From a virus: a stretch of 64,000 nt of DNA. The stretch spans positions 7,077 through 71,076 of the IMG/VR virus record IMGVR_UViG_3300032323_003202; one strand, written 5' to 3'. The translations under genes and the position numbers were made by a program. This document shows positions 50,193 to 59,217 of the stretch, piece after piece. The notes beneath the pieces were generated by a model. It saw only the letters and a program-made list of their open reading frames with translations. It searched no databases and was not told the origin of the DNA. Numbering within the stretch: position 1 is the stretch's first letter; each line of letters starts with the position of its first letter.

Positions 50193-50597
50193 TGTTTCTG
50201 GTAAGTCTATTGTAAATGAAACATTTCTCTCTGTGAATACTTGTCTGACTTCAAGTTCTATACCTGCATCATAAATTTCTTTTAATTTTTTTCCACAATC
50301 AGTTTCTAAAAATTCTGCTTCTAATGTTAAGTTTTCAATATTATTATCTTTTATAATGAAAGTCATACCACTTATACTAAAAGCCATTGTTTGTAATTTA
50401 CCTGGATTTTCAAGAGTTACAAAATCTTGTACCATTCCAATCTTTTGTATATTGTCAACATCAAACTGAACTTTCTTACCTTCGAGTAGTGTAGATAGTT
50501 TAATATCTCTATAAAAAGATTTCCACTCATTATAAGTGGAAAGTGCTTTATCATACTGGTCTAAAGTATTATTGTTTAGTTTTACATTTAATTTCAT
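50175..50597 (-). CDS. Hypothetical protein with RDIKLSTLL motif
   Basis: TAATG-coupled downstream of RNase R. Confidence 0.6.
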   Translation of the reverse strand: MKLNVKLNNNTLDQYDKALSTYNEWKSFYRDIKLSTLLEGKKVQFDVDNIQKIGMVQDFVTLENPGKLQTMAFSISGMTFIIKDNNIENLTLEAEFLETDCGKKLKEIYDAGIELEVRQVFTERNVSFTIDLPETKNPFN

Positions 50598-52471
50598 TAG
50601 AATACTTCAAAATCTATTTGTTTTCTATCTAAGTCAACTGATTTAACAGTTACTTTAATTTCATCACCTAATCTTATTGAACCTCCCATTTTAGGAAATA
50701 CAATATAATTTTCAGCATCAACTGTGTAGTTATTGTTATATCTAACCATTCCTTCACATTTACTATCAATAAGTTCTACATACATACCCCATTCAGTTAC
50801 TCCTGATACAATACCTTCAAATACATTTCCAATTTTATCTTCTAAGTATTCAATTTGTTTATATTTAATTGAGTCTCTTTGTGCTTTTGCTGCTAAGATT
50901 TCTCTTTCAGAACACCATTTAGCCATATCTTCAATTTTCTTAGGACTTCCAATTGATTTTTTATTTAAGTAGTCAAATAAAACTCTATGAGTTATTAAAT
51001 CTGGATATCTTCTAATTGGTGAAGTAAAGTGAGAGTAGTGAGTAAATCCTAATCCATAGTGTCCAGAGTTTATAATTGTATAAGTTGCTTTAGACATACA
51101 TCTTGTGATTAAAGTTTCAATCATATTTTCTTCTGGTTTACCTTTAATATCTCCAACCAATTGGTTAATTGATTTTTTAAGATTTGTTGGTTCACCTTCA
51201 ACTTCTAAAGTATAACCAAAGTTTTTACATATTAAAGAAAGAGCTTGTAACTTTTCAATATTAGGAGTATCATGTACTCTATAAACATTTGGATATTTTG
51301 CTTCTGATAATTCTTTAGCAACTAATTTATTTGCAAGTAACATATATTCTTCAATAAGTTTATTTGCATCTTTTTGAGTTTTAAAATAAACACCAGTTGG
51401 TTTCTTTGTAATTGGATCCAATTGAAATCTTACTTCAATTCCACCCATTTCAATAGAACCATCTTCTATTCTTTGTTTTCTCATTTTCTTGGCAGTTGTA
51501 TCTAATAGAAGTATTTCAGTTTTGAAATCTCCATCTTTACCTTCAATTATTTCTTGAGCTTCTTCATAAGAGTATCTTCTATCTGAATGTATAATAGTTT
51601 TACCAAACCATTTATTCAATACTTCTCCTTCTCTATTTAAAGTAACTACAACTGAGAAACAAAGTTTATCTTCATTAGGTCTTAATGAACATACACCATT
51701 ACTCAATCTCTCAGGTAACATTGGTACACATCTATCAACTAAATAAACTGATGTGGCTCTGTTAATTGCTTCATCATCTAAATCAGTTCCTTCTTTAACA
51801 TAGTGAGATACATCTGCAATATGAATACCAACTTCAACAGTATCATTATCTAAAATGTTTACTGAAAGAGCATCATCAAAATCTTTAGCATCAACAGGGT
51901 CAATGGTAAAGGTTGTAATACTTCTCATATCTCTTCTTTTTTCTATTTCATCTTGTGATATTTCAAAGGGAATTAATTCTGCATCAGCTTCAACCATTAG
52001 AGGGAAACTATTAGGTAATCCATATTCATACATAATTGAGTTCATTTCGGTATTGTTATCTCCAGATTCTCCTAAGATTTCAATAATTTTACCTTTAGGT
52101 GATTTAGAACCAGGTTCCCAGCTTGAGAACTCAACCAAAACTTTTTGGTCATTCTTAGCATTGTGGTCACCTTTAATATAAAAATCTACTGGAATTTTTT
52201 GACTGTCTGGTATTACAAAGGTTAGGTCTTTGTTTAAGTGTACTTTACCAACAAATTGGGTACGGAATCTTTCTAATACTTCTATTACTTCCGCTTCTAC
52301 TTTATTATTCTTAATAATAATCTTAACTTTTACTTTATCTGAGTTAAGTGCATTCAAAGTATTTTTTTTATAGATAAAAATACTTTTATTCTCTATTGTA
52401 ATGGATGCATTACCACTATTTGAGAATTCTATAGTACCATCATAGATACTATCTTCTTTTAATTTATTCAT
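50597..52471 (-). CDS. rnr: Ribonuclease R (RNB family)
   Basis: CSD region, TIDPVDAKDFDDALS, HIADVSHYV, LIEEYMLLAN, YSHFTSPIRRYPD, C-terminal S1. Confidence 0.93.
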   Translation of the reverse strand: MNKLKEDSIYDGTIEFSNSGNASITIENKSIFIYKKNTLNALNSDKVKVKIIIKNNKVEAEVIEVLERFRTQFVGKVHLNKDLTFVIPDSQKIPVDFYIKGDHNAKNDQKVLVEFSSWEPGSKSPKGKIIEILGESGDNNTEMNSIMYEYGLPNSFPLMVEADAELIPFEISQDEIEKRRDMRSITTFTIDPVDAKDFDDALSVNILDNDTVEVGIHIADVSHYVKEGTDLDDEAINRATSVYLVDRCVPMLPERLSNGVCSLRPNEDKLCFSVVVTLNREGEVLNKWFGKTIIHSDRRYSYEEAQEIIEGKDGDFKTEILLLDTTAKKMRKQRIEDGSIEMGGIEVRFQLDPITKKPTGVYFKTQKDANKLIEEYMLLANKLVAKELSEAKYPNVYRVHDTPNIEKLQALSLICKNFGYTLEVEGEPTNLKKSINQLVGDIKGKPEENMIETLITRCMSKATYTIINSGHYGLGFTHYSHFTSPIRRYPDLITHRVLFDYLNKKSIGSPKKIEDMAKWCSEREILAAKAQRDSIKYKQIEYLEDKIGNVFEGIVSGVTEWGMYVELIDSKCEGMVRYNNNYTVDAENYIVFPKMGGSIRLGDEIKVTVKSVDLDRKQIDFEVF

Positions 52472-52853
52472 TCTTTTTTATTTTTTTGGAGATATTATCC
52501 ACTCCATATTTTTTAATTAATGTTTTTTTCATCTTATCTAAAACTCCTTTATTCTGAATAGGATAATCTACTCCAAAGTTTTTTCTAAGTGTTTCCTTCC
52601 TCTTACTCTCTGAACACTTTCTACAAAAATATTCTCCCCAAACATTATCATATTTAAGGTAATTCTTATAGATTACATCTTTCTCAACCCCACAAACATC
52701 ACATTTACATTTAATTTTATAATGAGAACCTTTTGGTAATAAATCAACTGGAATCACTATTTCTTCTCCTATATATACATCATATCCTAAATAATCATAA
52801 TAGTTGTAATTTGACTCAATTATTTTAATATTTATCTCTCTTGAAAGGATCAT
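52464..52853 (-). CDS. Zn-binding endonuclease-associated module without a nuclease domain
   Basis: CKCDVCG..CRKC and K.TL.KKYGVDN repeats. Confidence 0.55.
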   Translation of the reverse strand: MILSREINIKIIESNYNYYDYLGYDVYIGEEIVIPVDLLPKGSHYKIKCKCDVCGVEKDVIYKNYLKYDNVWGEYFCRKCSESKRKETLRKNFGVDYPIQNKGVLDKMKKTLIKKYGVDNISKKIKKNE

Positions 52854-52947
52854 AAAAAACCACTTATTTTTAAGTATTTATTAAAATATCAATCTCCCTT
52901 TTTATCAAAATTAAAACTTCCTTATTTCATAAGACTTTACAAAGATA

Positions 52948-52999
52948 CTATAAAAAATCCACTTCTCAAAAATAAGTAATTAGTAATAATTATATATAC
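52948..52999 (+). promoter_or_regulatory. CTATAAAAAATCCAC element + TATATATAC upstream of the protease gene
   Basis: Identical 15-mer at similar spacing upstream of the MCP gene. Confidence 0.55.
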
Positions 53000-53028
53000 C
53001 ACAGAACTACAAAAAATAATTATTTTAA

Positions 53029-55212
53029 ATGAAACCAGTTTTAATAGTAGAAAATTCAACAAATTCTCTTGTAAGAGAGAGTGCTTCTACAGGTAATAAG
53101 GATTTTTTCCTTAATGGTACTTTTACAGAGTTTGGTGTTAAAAATCGTAATGAAAGAATATACACTGCTGAGAAGTTCTTACCTGCATTGGCAGAGTTGA
53201 ATGAAAGAATGAGCAGCTTAGGTGCTGTTTTTGGTGAGTTTGATCACCCAGATGTTTTTGATACCTCATTGTCAAGAGCATCTCACATCATCACCAAAGC
53301 TGAATATGTTTCTGAAAAGAACACAGTTGAAGGAGAAATCAAATTGTTAAGTACATATTGGGGAAAAGAAGCAAAGGCATTAGTTAATGATGGATGTCCT
53401 GTTTTTGTATCTTCTAGAGCTGCAGGAATTACTGAATCTGATGGTTCAGTATCATTGAAAAAACTTTTTACTTATGACATTGTTGCTGATCCAGGATTTG
53501 CATCTGCAAAAATGAGTGTAAAAGTATTAAATGAATCTTTAGGTTACTGTACTGATGGACAAATTGAAAAAAATAACTTTAGGATATATGAGATGTCTGA
53601 CGAGTCCAAAATGAACGAATTATTCAAAATGAACAACAATGACTTTGTAACAAAACAACAATTAACTGATTATTCAAACTATTTAGTTAATGAGATTGCT
53701 TCTACTAAGAAAGTAGTAAACAATGCAATTACAAAAGGTAATATGCCTGCTAAGAAATTAGAGCAATTACTTGAGTATTATGAAGAGTTAAATGGAACTA
53801 ACTCACAAGTTGCTAAATATTTAGATTATTTAGCTGACAAAATTCAAGTAGTAGTTAATGAAAACAAATCATTAAAAGAAACTACTACAAAATTGGCTAA
53901 ACACAATGATTACTTAGCTGAGAACTTAGAAAAAGCTATTAATTATTCAGAATATTTAGCTGAAAACTTAGACAAAAACATTGAGTATTCAGAGTATTTA
54001 GCTGAGAACTTAGATAAAAATATCAACTACTCAGAATATATTGCTGAAAACTTAGATAAAAACATTTCTTACTCAGAATATTTGGCTGAAAACTTAGACA
54101 AAAACATTGAGTATTCAGAATATTTAGCTGAAAACTTAGACAAGAATATTGCTTACTCTGAATACATTGCTGAAAACTTAGACAAAAACATTGCTTACTC
54201 AGAATATATTGCTGAGTCAGTTGATAACTCTATTGCTTACTCAGAATACTTAGCAGAACATGTTGAAGGTAACATTGCTTACTCAGAATACATTGCTGAG
54301 CATTTAGATGATAACATTGCTTACTCTGAATATGTTGCTGAAAACTTAGACAAATCTATTTCTTACCAAGGAATGATAGTTGAAAAACTTAATGCATTTG
54401 GTAAATTAAATGAAGGATTTGGTGAAGATGATACTCAATTCCCATCTATTGAAGATGCTGGATTTGAATCTCAAGAAGATGATAAAGAAGGTCAATTTGC
54501 TGGAGAAGAAGGTGAAGAATTTGCTGGAGAAGAAGGACACAATGACTTTGCAGAAGAGGCTAAAGAATTTGCTGAAGAAGCTAAAGAATTTGCTGAAGAA
54601 GCTGAAGAATTTGCAGAAGGACATGAAGGTGAAGGACATGAAGGTGAAGAATTTACACAAGAAGAAGGTGAAGAAGAATTTGCAGGTCATGATGACTCTG
54701 AACTTTCTGAATCAATAAATAAATTAATTGAAGAAGCTAAAAAACGTAAAGTTTCTGAAAGCAGTGATTTGAACTTTTTAAAGTTCTTAAACAAATCACA
54801 AGTTGATAGTTTTTATGCTCTATCAGATGAAGAACAAGATACTGTTAAACTACACATAAACGAGAGTAGTTATTTTACACAGAAAGAAGTTCTTACTTTG
54901 ATCTCAGAAGCATTATCAACTAAAAACGAAACTCTTGAAGAAAGAGTAATCAGATTGATGCCTGATAACATTAAGCCAATCTGGGGTACTTTAAATGAAT
55001 CTGCTAAAAAATCTGTCTTATCACAAGCTAGATTATATCCAGAGGAAGTTTTAAGAACTGAAAATCAAATTGAGCATTTCTGGGGAACTAGAAATATCAA
55101 AACTAATGAAACTGTAACTAAAAAACTTGTTGCTCATGAAGGTTTAATCCAAGAGGATAAACTATCTGATAATGAAGTTTCTATGATTATGGAAAGATTT
55201 AGAAGAGTATAA
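53029..55212 (+). CDS. Prohead protease (T4 gp21-like) fused to scaffold/core-like domain
   Basis: NRNERIY, GEFDHP (His), VSSRAAG (Ser), YDIVADPG; then coiled-coil repeats and an acidic region. Confidence 0.9.
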   Translation: MKPVLIVENSTNSLVRESASTGNKDFFLNGTFTEFGVKNRNERIYTAEKFLPALAELNERMSSLGAVFGEFDHPDVFDTSLSRASHIITKAEYVSEKNTVEGEIKLLSTYWGKEAKALVNDGCPVFVSSRAAGITESDGSVSLKKLFTYDIVADPGFASAKMSVKVLNESLGYCTDGQIEKNNFRIYEMSDESKMNELFKMNNNDFVTKQQLTDYSNYLVNEIASTKKVVNNAITKGNMPAKKLEQLLEYYEELNGTNSQVAKYLDYLADKIQVVVNENKSLKETTTKLAKHNDYLAENLEKAINYSEYLAENLDKNIEYSEYLAENLDKNINYSEYIAENLDKNISYSEYLAENLDKNIEYSEYLAENLDKNIAYSEYIAENLDKNIAYSEYIAESVDNSIAYSEYLAEHVEGNIAYSEYIAEHLDDNIAYSEYVAENLDKSISYQGMIVEKLNAFGKLNEGFGEDDTQFPSIEDAGFESQEDDKEGQFAGEEGEEFAGEEGHNDFAEEAKEFAEEAKEFAEEAEEFAEGHEGEGHEGEEFTQEEGEEEFAGHDDSELSESINKLIEEAKKRKVSESSDLNFLKFLNKSQVDSFYALSDEEQDTVKLHINESSYFTQKEVLTLISEALSTKNETLEERVIRLMPDNIKPIWGTLNESAKKSVLSQARLYPEEVLRTENQIEHFWGTRNIKTNETVTKKLVAHEGLIQEDKLSDNEVSMIMERFRRV
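53908..54367 (+). repeat. 42-bp / 14-aa tandem repeat (NIAYSEYLAENLDK), 10 full copies plus flanks
   Basis: Ten YSEY units counted in the translation. Confidence 0.92.
54490..54690 (+). repeat. Acidic 7-aa repeats (EFAEEAK / EFAGEEG)
   Basis: GAATTTGCTGAAGAAGCT repeats. Confidence 0.8.
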
Positions 55213-55213
55213 T

Positions 55214-55264
55214 CTATAAAAAATCCACACTTGAAAAAAAGTGAAAAAACAAGGATATATATAC
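55214..55264 (+). promoter_or_regulatory. CTATAAAAAATCCAC element + TATATATAC upstream of the MCP gene
   Basis: Second copy of the 15-mer. Confidence 0.55.
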
Positions 55265-55307
55265 ATTTATAGATTACATAAAAAAAACAAAAAAAAATAA
55301 AATTATT

Positions 55308-56999
55308 ATGTCACAAATTAGAATAGATAATCAAAAAGCCATGAAAAAATGGTCTCCAGTGTTGGAAAACATGGGAGTAACAGGTGATAGACTTGAATGG
55401 ATGTCAGAATATGCTGAATTCCACTCTATCAATGAGAATGCATATGTTAATGCTACAAATGTAGCAGGTATGGGTAATGTAACTAACCCAGTTGTTGGTT
55501 CACTTCCAGGTAACACTTTAGGTGGTCAATTTGGTGCAGGTCTTGGTGCAGTTTCAGGTTCTGGTGATGTTGGTCAAAACTTATTACCAGTTGCAATGAA
55601 AATTGCTGCTCAAACAATTGGTTTAGACTTAGTTGCTGTAAAACCAACTCCAGGTCCAAAATTAGATTTACTTTATATTGACTTTCAATATGATGATGTT
55701 GATATGAATACTGATGTTAATGAAAGACCACAAGTTTTCAAAATTTCTGCAACTGCATCTACATTAAATGCATTAGCTGGATTAACAAATTCAGGTACAA
55801 TTACAACAGGTCAAGGTAGTTTAGTTGGTGGTAGAGTATTCCTTAGTATTGCTACATCTTCAACTACTGTTGGAACAGGTGTTTTTTATACTGAGCCAGT
55901 TAAAGGTTCTAGACAAAATATTGTTGAATTCTTAGGATTCTCAAGAATTGATGGATTACCAATGTTTAGAGCATTTAGACAAGCTAACACATCTGGTGCT
56001 TATACACCTAATACTTTTGTACAAGGTGATAATACATTTTTACCAACTGGTGCTATGACTACTCAAATATTATTTGTTGCTGGTATTGCACAAGCTTCTC
56101 CTGCAATTACATTAGTATCTGCATTAGAAGATCACCTTCCAGGTTTCTCTTCAAACTGGTCAGCTCCATTAACAGGTGCTGCTTCAGGTGCTTATCCAAT
56201 GACAAGATTAGAAGATGATCAATCTTACTCAGGTGTTATTGGACCAAAAATTTCTTCTAAAACTATTGCAGTTGGTACTATTGAAATATCTTCAGCTTTA
56301 AGAAGAACAGAAATTGAAGACATCAAAGCTAACACAGGTATGGATATTGTTCAAAAAATGGAATCAATCCTTGTTAATGAATTGTCTCAAACAATCTCTA
56401 AACAAATTGTTGCTAAAATATTTGAAATGGGAGCTTTAAATGCTACAACTGCACCTAAAAAACAAAATGGTGAGTCAATATTTGACTTAAATACAGCATA
56501 TGCATATGGTAATACTTCACCAGGTGGAGAGACTACTCACGCTATCCAAAGAAAACTTATAACTAGAATTGCTCACGCTTCTAACTATATTGCAACTGAA
56601 GGACGTGTTGGACCAGCTCAATACTTAATCACAAATGGAGGTTTAGCTGCTGCATTACAAGATATTGCTGGTTACACAATTAACCCAGTTAAATCTAAAA
56701 TTAACTCTCAAGGTCAACTTTACCCAGTTGGTTCTATCGGAGACATCTCTATCTATGTTGATCCATACATGAGATATAACGATAACAGAATCGTATTAGG
56801 TAGAAAAAATAACCCTGACCAACCAGGTATCATCTTTGTACCTTACTTAATGGCACAATCTATCTCAGTTATCTCTGAGGCTACATTTGCTCCAAGAATG
56901 TTACTAAGATCAAGATATGCTGTTGCAGAAGTGGGATGGTATCCACAAAAACAGTTCATGACTATTACAGTTACTGATGCTGTTCAATTACTTAACTAA
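55308..56999 (+). CDS. Major capsid protein (T4 gp23-like)
   Basis: KKWSPVLE, DLVAVKPTPGP, IYVDPY, GIIFVPY, TFAPRMLLRSRYA. Confidence 0.93.
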   Translation: MSQIRIDNQKAMKKWSPVLENMGVTGDRLEWMSEYAEFHSINENAYVNATNVAGMGNVTNPVVGSLPGNTLGGQFGAGLGAVSGSGDVGQNLLPVAMKIAAQTIGLDLVAVKPTPGPKLDLLYIDFQYDDVDMNTDVNERPQVFKISATASTLNALAGLTNSGTITTGQGSLVGGRVFLSIATSSTTVGTGVFYTEPVKGSRQNIVEFLGFSRIDGLPMFRAFRQANTSGAYTPNTFVQGDNTFLPTGAMTTQILFVAGIAQASPAITLVSALEDHLPGFSSNWSAPLTGAASGAYPMTRLEDDQSYSGVIGPKISSKTIAVGTIEISSALRRTEIEDIKANTGMDIVQKMESILVNELSQTISKQIVAKIFEMGALNATTAPKKQNGESIFDLNTAYAYGNTSPGGETTHAIQRKLITRIAHASNYIATEGRVGPAQYLITNGGLAAALQDIAGYTINPVKSKINSQGQLYPVGSIGDISIYVDPYMRYNDNRIVLGRKNNPDQPGIIFVPYLMAQSISVISEATFAPRMLLRSRYAVAEVGWYPQKQFMTITVTDAVQLLN

Positions 57000-57016
57000 T
57001 CATTAAATAATTATAT

Positions 57017-57044
57017 AAAAAGACTCCTTTTAGGAGTCTTTTTT
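57017..57044 (+). terminator. Intrinsic terminator after MCP
   Basis: AAAAAGACTCCT-tt-(T)AGGAGTCTTTTTT. Confidence 0.85.
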
Positions 57045-57069
57045 GTTTTATATAATTAATATATACATT

Positions 57070-57462
57070 ATGAGAATAAAGAAATATAAATCATTTAATG
57101 AGAGTAAAAATAAATTTCCAAACATAAAAACTTTGGATATTGATGGATTTATTGTATATTTGGGTCGAGATGCAAAATCTAATGACCATTTAACATTTAA
57201 TATGTCTGATTCTGATGATATTTGGATGCATACAAAAGGTGTTCCAGGTAGTCATATGTTAATTGTAGTTAAAGAAAAATTACCTACACCAGAAGTAATT
57301 AAAAGAGTTGCTGAGATTGCAAAAAAGAATAGCAAAGCAAAAGATGAAGATAAGGCAACTGTAGTTTATTGTAAAGCAAAATTTGTTAAAAAACAACCTG
57401 GTATGAATGATGGTCAAGTAAGAGTTGATTATGGTAACTCACATGAGGTAATAGTAAATTAA
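57070..57462 (+). CDS. NFACT-R (DUF814-like) RNA-binding domain protein with leader MRIKKYKSFNES
   Basis: LGRDAKSNDHLT, DIWMHTKGVPGSH, A.IA..SKA, V.Y, VKK..G..GQV. Confidence 0.85.
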   Translation: MRIKKYKSFNESKNKFPNIKTLDIDGFIVYLGRDAKSNDHLTFNMSDSDDIWMHTKGVPGSHMLIVVKEKLPTPEVIKRVAEIAKKNSKAKDEDKATVVYCKAKFVKKQPGMNDGQVRVDYGNSHEVIVN

Positions 57463-57471
57463 ATAAAAATA

Positions 57472-58818
57472 ATGGCAGATATAAAAATAAAGTTTTCACC
57501 AAGATTTATAAAAGTTATCAAAAGAATTGATGATGAGTTTGAAAATAATCTATCCTATAAGATATTAGGTCTTATTGATGGTAGTCTTAAATATGAAAAT
57601 ATTTTAAATATTTTTTATATGGATCTATCTAAAATAAATAATTGTTTTGATATTGTAGTTAAAGGTAAAAAAACAACTATAAGTATTGCAAAGTTTAGTA
57701 ATACTTATTTTCCTGATTTAAAAATTACTGACCAAGCTTTAATAGAGTTTCATACTGCTTATAATTCATTTAAAGGAGAAGCATTTGGTATTGTAGTTGG
57801 TACACCAATAGAACATAAACCATTTGTTTTTAATCCTAAAGATGTCCGTTCAACTTTCTTATCATTAGTTACAAAGACTTACCCAATGGGTCATGAGAAA
57901 GAAGTATTACAATTTCTACCTAAACTTGATACTGATATTCATGGAAATTATTATAAGATAATTCCTGGTGATACAAAAACTATGTTTACTTCTCACTTAG
58001 ATACTGCAGACTGGAAACAATTACCTACTAAATTAATGTCTAATACTATTGATAATGAAGAATTCATATTTACTGATGGTACAAGTATTCTTGGTGCAGA
58101 TGATAAAGCAGGAGTTACTATAATGCTTTATATGATGGCTAACAATGTTCCTGGATTATATTACTTCTTCTTAGGTGAAGAAAGAGGTGGTGTTGGTTCA
58201 AGATTAGTTGCAGGAGATTTTGATGAAATAGAATATCTTAAAGATATAAGAAGATGTATATCATTTGATAGAAGAAAAACAGGTTCTGTTATTACTTCTC
58301 AATATGGTAGAGTTTGTTGTTCTGATGAATTTGGTTCTGCTTTATGTAGAGAATATAATAGTAATGGTATGAAATTATCATTAGACAATACTGGAATATT
58401 TACAGATTCTGCTTCTTTTATTGATAATATACCAGAATGTACTAATATATCTGTTGGATATGACCATGAACATACATTTACTGAAATACAAAATATTACA
58501 TTCTTAGAAAAGATTGCTAAAGCATCTGCTAATGTTGAATGGAGTAAACTACCTACCATTAGAAAAGTAGGAATAAATAGTGAAGTTATTAGAAAATATA
58601 AAAACTTAATACAACAAATTAAAAAATATGCATTTGACCTTGATGTAAAAGTTATTGGTTATGATGGTAAAGTATTTATTCAGTTTGATACATTGGGTTA
58701 TGATATAAAAACAATAGGGAACACATTAAAATATCTTAATAATATCTTATTAAGATATAATATTGATGATCCTTATGTAGAATTTGAAGATACATATATT
58801 AAAATTGAAATAAGATAA
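57472..58818 (+). CDS. M28/M20-like Zn peptidase
   Basis: SHLDT, LGADDKAG, GEERG, SFDR, FTDS, NISVGY..EH. Confidence 0.8.
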   Translation: MADIKIKFSPRFIKVIKRIDDEFENNLSYKILGLIDGSLKYENILNIFYMDLSKINNCFDIVVKGKKTTISIAKFSNTYFPDLKITDQALIEFHTAYNSFKGEAFGIVVGTPIEHKPFVFNPKDVRSTFLSLVTKTYPMGHEKEVLQFLPKLDTDIHGNYYKIIPGDTKTMFTSHLDTADWKQLPTKLMSNTIDNEEFIFTDGTSILGADDKAGVTIMLYMMANNVPGLYYFFLGEERGGVGSRLVAGDFDEIEYLKDIRRCISFDRRKTGSVITSQYGRVCCSDEFGSALCREYNSNGMKLSLDNTGIFTDSASFIDNIPECTNISVGYDHEHTFTEIQNITFLEKIAKASANVEWSKLPTIRKVGINSEVIRKYKNLIQQIKKYAFDLDVKVIGYDGKVFIQFDTLGYDIKTIGNTLKYLNNILLRYNIDDPYVEFEDTYIKIEIR

Positions 58819-58819
58819 T

Positions 58820-59197
58820 ATGATAGATAATTATAAAAAGTTTACAGAGAGTGTTGATGATAGAGACCATTATGATGATGAATATTATGGTCATAATAAT
58901 GATGGTATGGAACATATAACTTACTTATTAAGAACTTCTTTAAGAAACAAAGGTATTGATGATTTTACAGTTGATTATTCTGGTTATGATATATGTATAT
59001 CAGTATTTTGTTATGAATTAGAAAGATTAAAAGATATGATTAATATATTTGATATATTACAACATCTAAAAACTGATATTATACCACAATATGATTCTGA
59101 ATTTGATATGTATCAAACTAAAAGAACAGGTGGTACTATATTAGAGTTTAATTTCTATTATAATGAAGGAAATGGTGATGATTTTGATAATGAATAA
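58820..59197 (+). CDS. Hypothetical protein with leader-like MIDNYKKFTES
   Basis: ORF track. Confidence 0.6.
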   Translation: MIDNYKKFTESVDDRDHYDDEYYGHNNDGMEHITYLLRTSLRNKGIDDFTVDYSGYDICISVFCYELERLKDMINIFDILQHLKTDIIPQYDSEFDMYQTKRTGGTILEFNFYYNEGNGDDFDNE

Positions 59198-59217
59198 AAA
59201 ATTAATATATTTGTACT

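Noticed and set aside
53908-54367. Regular 42-bp repeats as a CRISPR array
   Set aside because: Contiguous in-frame coding repeats with synonymous variation; no unique spacers and no cas genes.
49827-54718. Alternate-frame ORFs 49827-50204 and 54410-54718
   Set aside because: By-products of low-complexity repeats in the portal and scaffold genes.
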